Assembly (NCBI GenBank): GCA_050575255.1
Contig: JBNZDD010013520.1
Coordinates: 787,751 to 851,750 of the forward strand
DNA length: 64,000 bases
Source: Harriotta raleighana
Taxonomy: Eukaryota
Reading direction: 5' to 3'
The notes beneath the pieces were generated by a model. The model was not told the origin of the DNA and did no database searches. It saw only the letters and a list, made by a program, of their open reading frames with translations. The translations under genes and the position numbers were made by a program. This document shows positions 60,101-64,000 of this stretch, piece after piece (position 1 is the stretch's first letter; every line of letters starts with the position of its first letter).

Positions 60101-61714
60101 GGTTTTATAGGCTAAGTAGGCTGAACTCTAGACCTCTGGTGTTTGCTTTGCCTGGTGACGAAGTGGGAAGAGGTATTACAGACACACATTCAAATCATAC
60201 AAACCAGTTACAACTCCCTGATCTGACTTGAGTCAGTCAATCTCTGGAAGGATGTCAACAAGTGATCTCAGTGATTCTTTGGTTAATGGAGGGAAAAGGG
60301 GTTCCTGATCACCATTTAGTGGCCACTACTGGATTGAACTATGATAATTAGCTATTATTATTGTTATTATTAATGCCCTTCTACAACCCATAAAGGAAGC
60401 TATCAACCATTAGACATCGATGATTTTATACTCTGTTTTCCCCATCTCATTATTATCATTGAAACCCATTCCCAGGGGAGATGACAATCAGCACTGTAGA
60501 TTTGGGCAGAATTCCTCCTAACCATGCATTTTGCATTTGTTACGATACCTCTAAGCAGTAAAACGTCTCAAAGGACTTCAGAGGCAATTGACATCAAGTC
60601 CAGCAGACAGACATTGCAGCGAATTTGCCCAAAGCTGTATATCATCGAGAGGTGAAGCAACCAATTTTATCTGGTGGATTATTGTCCAGGAAATCGGTAG
60701 AAATTCCCTCTTCTTTACAGATAGCACCATGGGATGCCATCTGAACTGGCAAACTTTAATCTTGGTTTAAAGTTCAATCCAAAGACAGGCACTCCAACAG
60801 TGCAGTACTCCCCCTGCACTGCATTGGAATATCAGACCAGCTGCAAACGGTAGAACCACTTGTATGCAGTATTGTGTAGGAACTTGCTAAAGATTATTGG
60901 ATCTCTTTTCATCTATATGGACGCTGTAGGTAAATAAATCACTGAGTACTAATAACGAAGTGGGTGTTTCTTTGGCTCAGAAACTCAAGAGACTAACTTG
61001 TATAATAAAATGGCATTCAGGTAAGTCATTATTTCTGCGTGGAAATAATTTATTTCTCTACATATTTGTGCAATTGGATCCATAAGATGCCTTTGATATC
61101 TTATTTCACACTTCAGCTCTGTCACCTACTAAATCTTTGTCAAAGAAAGTGAGCCCTTGATACTCTTTAATTTAATTTGGGGATTTACTGTATTTATTTA
61201 GGAATGTCTACCTTTGATACCAGGAATTTCTGGGTGTAAACAGATCAGAGGTTCTGAGATGTTTCCTTGTCTCAGCCTGTTAAGACAATGTTGCCTCACA
61301 ACAAAAGGTCTTGCCTAATTGGATAAAACTCTCAAACAGCAGTCTTAATTTCAGGTTTAAGTTCACCTACAGTCACTACACTTTACATTTGCAGTGTCCT
61401 GTAGAGTATTGGTTAGAGCACTCGTCTCACGAGCGAGAAGATCTGGGATAGATTCCTGGGCAGGGCGAAACCTTAGGCAAGTTTTCTTAGTCCATGCCAT
61501 GTATATCTAGCAGTAACTAGGAACCTGATTGTTAGATGACTTTTCTGGGGCTAATAATCCTGAGTGAACGCTTAACCTTAATTCCAGGGGTCAAATTCCT
61601 CAAGACACTTTCATTCTGTCACAACTCATCTATGATACCCTACCTAAATATACTGAGAGTGGAAAATCTGCCGTGCATGCTTATCAGAAACTTTGATTGT
61701 ATTACTGTATTAAT

Positions 61715-62100
61715 AATAATAATATTTGATACCTTATCATGTGATCTAAACATGTCAGAATGCTTCACTAAAGGTAATGCAAAGCGAAGTGACTGCCTAT
61801 TTTGTCAACAAATCCAACAGCCATGGTGCCACAGAAAAGTCTCAAAAACAACCATGAAGTGAACTATTTTATCTGGATGGTCAGGACACTAGGAGAAACT
61901 CCCTTCTCCTTTTGAGAAGTGCCAAGGGAACCTTTAACAGCCACCTAGACAAGCAGACCAAAGCTTAATTTAAATGTCTCATCCACAGCACAACGCATTG
62001 CATTGGAGTACGTGTCAGCCTAGACTATGTGCTCAAAGTCCTGACTTGAAACTTGAACCCACAATCCTCTGACTCAGAGCCGAGAGTGTGATTGACTGAA
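61715..62100 (-). mobile_element. Deu-domain SINE, near full length
   Basis: TTGAACCCACAATCCTCTGACTCAGAG head (reverse) and Deu block. Confidence 0.7.
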
Positions 62101-63234
62101 TGTAAGACACAATAAAAATAATGTCATTGGTCACCAGAGAAATTTACTTTGATCCGAGGCCCTGTTATGGTCTGGAGTTACATGTTCTCACACATCACAA
62201 TCACCTGTCACTATCTAGATGCTGAGTAAAATAAACTAGGTATCAAGCAAACAGATCAAAGTCTGCTACACAGTCGCATGCTGTCAATTGCAGAAATTAA
62301 TACAGCATCAATTCTCTTAAGTACTGTAATTATCCTTTCTTTGATTTTACCATTTACCCCTCTCCCACATTAGATTTCAAGTTAAAAAAATCATAAATTA
62401 TAGGGCCAGTGCAGTTTCCCTCATCCATTCTTTGACGTTAAACTGAGATCCTGTCTGTGCCTGTTTAGGGGGATGTTAAAGACCCCAAGGAACTATTTGA
62501 AAACAGAAGGAAGTTTCTCCTGGCCAACAATCCCCTCCCTCACCCCCAAAATAAAATTAGTCATTCATATGCTGGCTGTTTGTATGACAATGCTGTGCAC
62601 AAATCAGCTGCCGCATTCATCTAGACAAGTCACCACACTTTATTAGAAAAAGTGAAGGGCTTTGGGAAGTTTTGATACAATAAGAGCCATATATTAAATG
62701 CAAGGTTTATTATTCTTATTCTGTAAGTTACTGGCACACCATTGGGGCTTCAGAGCTGCAATGGCACAAAGACTGCATCATTCTTCTTAAGGAAAAAAGC
62801 AACACATGCCTCACCTACATCTAAGTGGGATGTGCAGTAGTATTCAACGTACACCTCTCAAGGGTCTCAAATTCACTGAGTTTTAGTCTCTTACTTTCAA
62901 GATAAAAATTACTCAAAATGGTGGAGAATTCTTTAATCCAATCTCAGTTTGGAAGCTTTTTTTTAATTTTGAAAAAAATTGCAGGAAACCATTTTTCAAA
63001 CTAAGACTGAATTTCAGAGTTTCCCTCCTGCCACCACCCACACCCCCCCATCTACCCCCACCACTCCAATTTTGCTCATGTAGAAGTTTAAGACAGAATT
63101 GTCCCATAGGCTAAGACCAGATGGAATTTGCAACTCTGGAGAGGGCAGGGGGGGAGGGTCACGTTGTGGAAAATGAACTTTGATTTAGTGCTTGCAAACC
63201 CAGTAATCATTAAATACATTTATTGTGCCTGTGC

Positions 63235-63470
63235 AAACCAAGCACATATTTAAAGATTAACCAACAAATAACAATGAATCTGGAATGCATTGCCTAAAAG
63301 GGTGGTGGAGGCTGATTCGATAACAACTTTTAAAAGAGAGGTATAAAAGACGGGTTTGCAGGATATGGGGAGTGGGATTGACTTTGAATAGCTCTTTTCT
63401 TAGCTCTTAGCACAGACTCGATGGGCCAAAGGACCTCCTTTTGTGCTGTAAAATTATATGATTCTATGAA
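63235..63470 (+). mobile_element. CR1 3' end
   Basis: TGGAATGCATTGCC..GGTGGTGGAGGC..GATGGGCCAAAGGACCTCCTT..ATTCTATGA 3' terminus. Confidence 0.75.
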
Positions 63471-64000
63471 CAGGGCACCAAAATTACCAAAAGCAATGTC
63501 TCCTGAGCTTAACCCCTTCTGCTCCAAATATCTTACTGATAACTTTCCTGCCACAAGATGTTATTGGTGCTATGTACCCCTCTTTCTCCCACCACCCCTG
63601 TAACAAACAAAATAGCAATCATAGGGAGGTCGGTCGGGTCTTTCTGACAAATGTAAAAGTCACTGCACTTGACAAAAATTCCTCTGAAGCAGTCTGAGAT
63701 GTTCATGTGTACAAGAGGATCTGACAGTCCGGCAGCACTCTATCCACAAAGCCTGTCTCATGTTTTGGAACAAGTGACTTTGTGACATTGACTTCATCCT
63801 GACATCCCATGAATATTCCTTTCCTCTTCACCTCCCCACCAGCTCCCCAATATTCTGTTTGTAACTCAAACCATCAGTAGGGTGTTGAGAATAACCCGAA
63901 CCCCATTCCCATCTCCTTACCAAACTCAATGGAGTGAGCCCATGGCTATACACCCCCGACAAGAAACACAACATTTATAATACAAGAATACAATACAAAT

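Noticed and set aside
598-63603. Most 60-170 aa ORFs in the six-frame track, including recurrent CKDYYY, CGTLLC and NIQSIHF peptides
   Set aside because: They are translations of dispersed SINE bodies and tails, low-complexity DNA or the antisense strand of real exons, not a protein family.

Overview
Vertebrate genomic DNA, most likely a cartilaginous fish; the repeat content suggests a chimaera or elephant shark, which is an inference. The window holds two convergent intron-containing genes in the conserved LAMC2-NMNAT2 arrangement. NMNAT2 lies on + with coding exons 2-11 (10592-23712) and a probable ~6.4 kb 3' UTR. Laminin gamma-2 (LAMC2) lies on - with coding exons 2-23 (51625-34377). I walked both genes exon by exon: all introns are GT-AG, phases are consistent and the spliced frames are open. 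The first coding exon of neither gene could be identified. Introns are dense in tRNA-derived/Deu-type SINEs, L2 and CR1 fragments and carry one Tigger/pogo-like MITE. Five single-N junctions each join two near-identical allelic copies. Main observations: (1) this gamma-2 keeps the gamma-1-type nidogen-binding residues that mammalian gamma-2 lost, plus a complete last LE module carrying an RGD; (2) one N junction shows the empty and filled alleles of a young chimeric SINE/L2-tail insertion with a 9-bp TSD; (3) another junction shows a 25-bp indel that is exactly a hairpin. No prokaryote-type system, CRISPR array or novel long ORF was found; apart from exon-overlapping and LINE-fragment ORFs, the six-frame track is noise.
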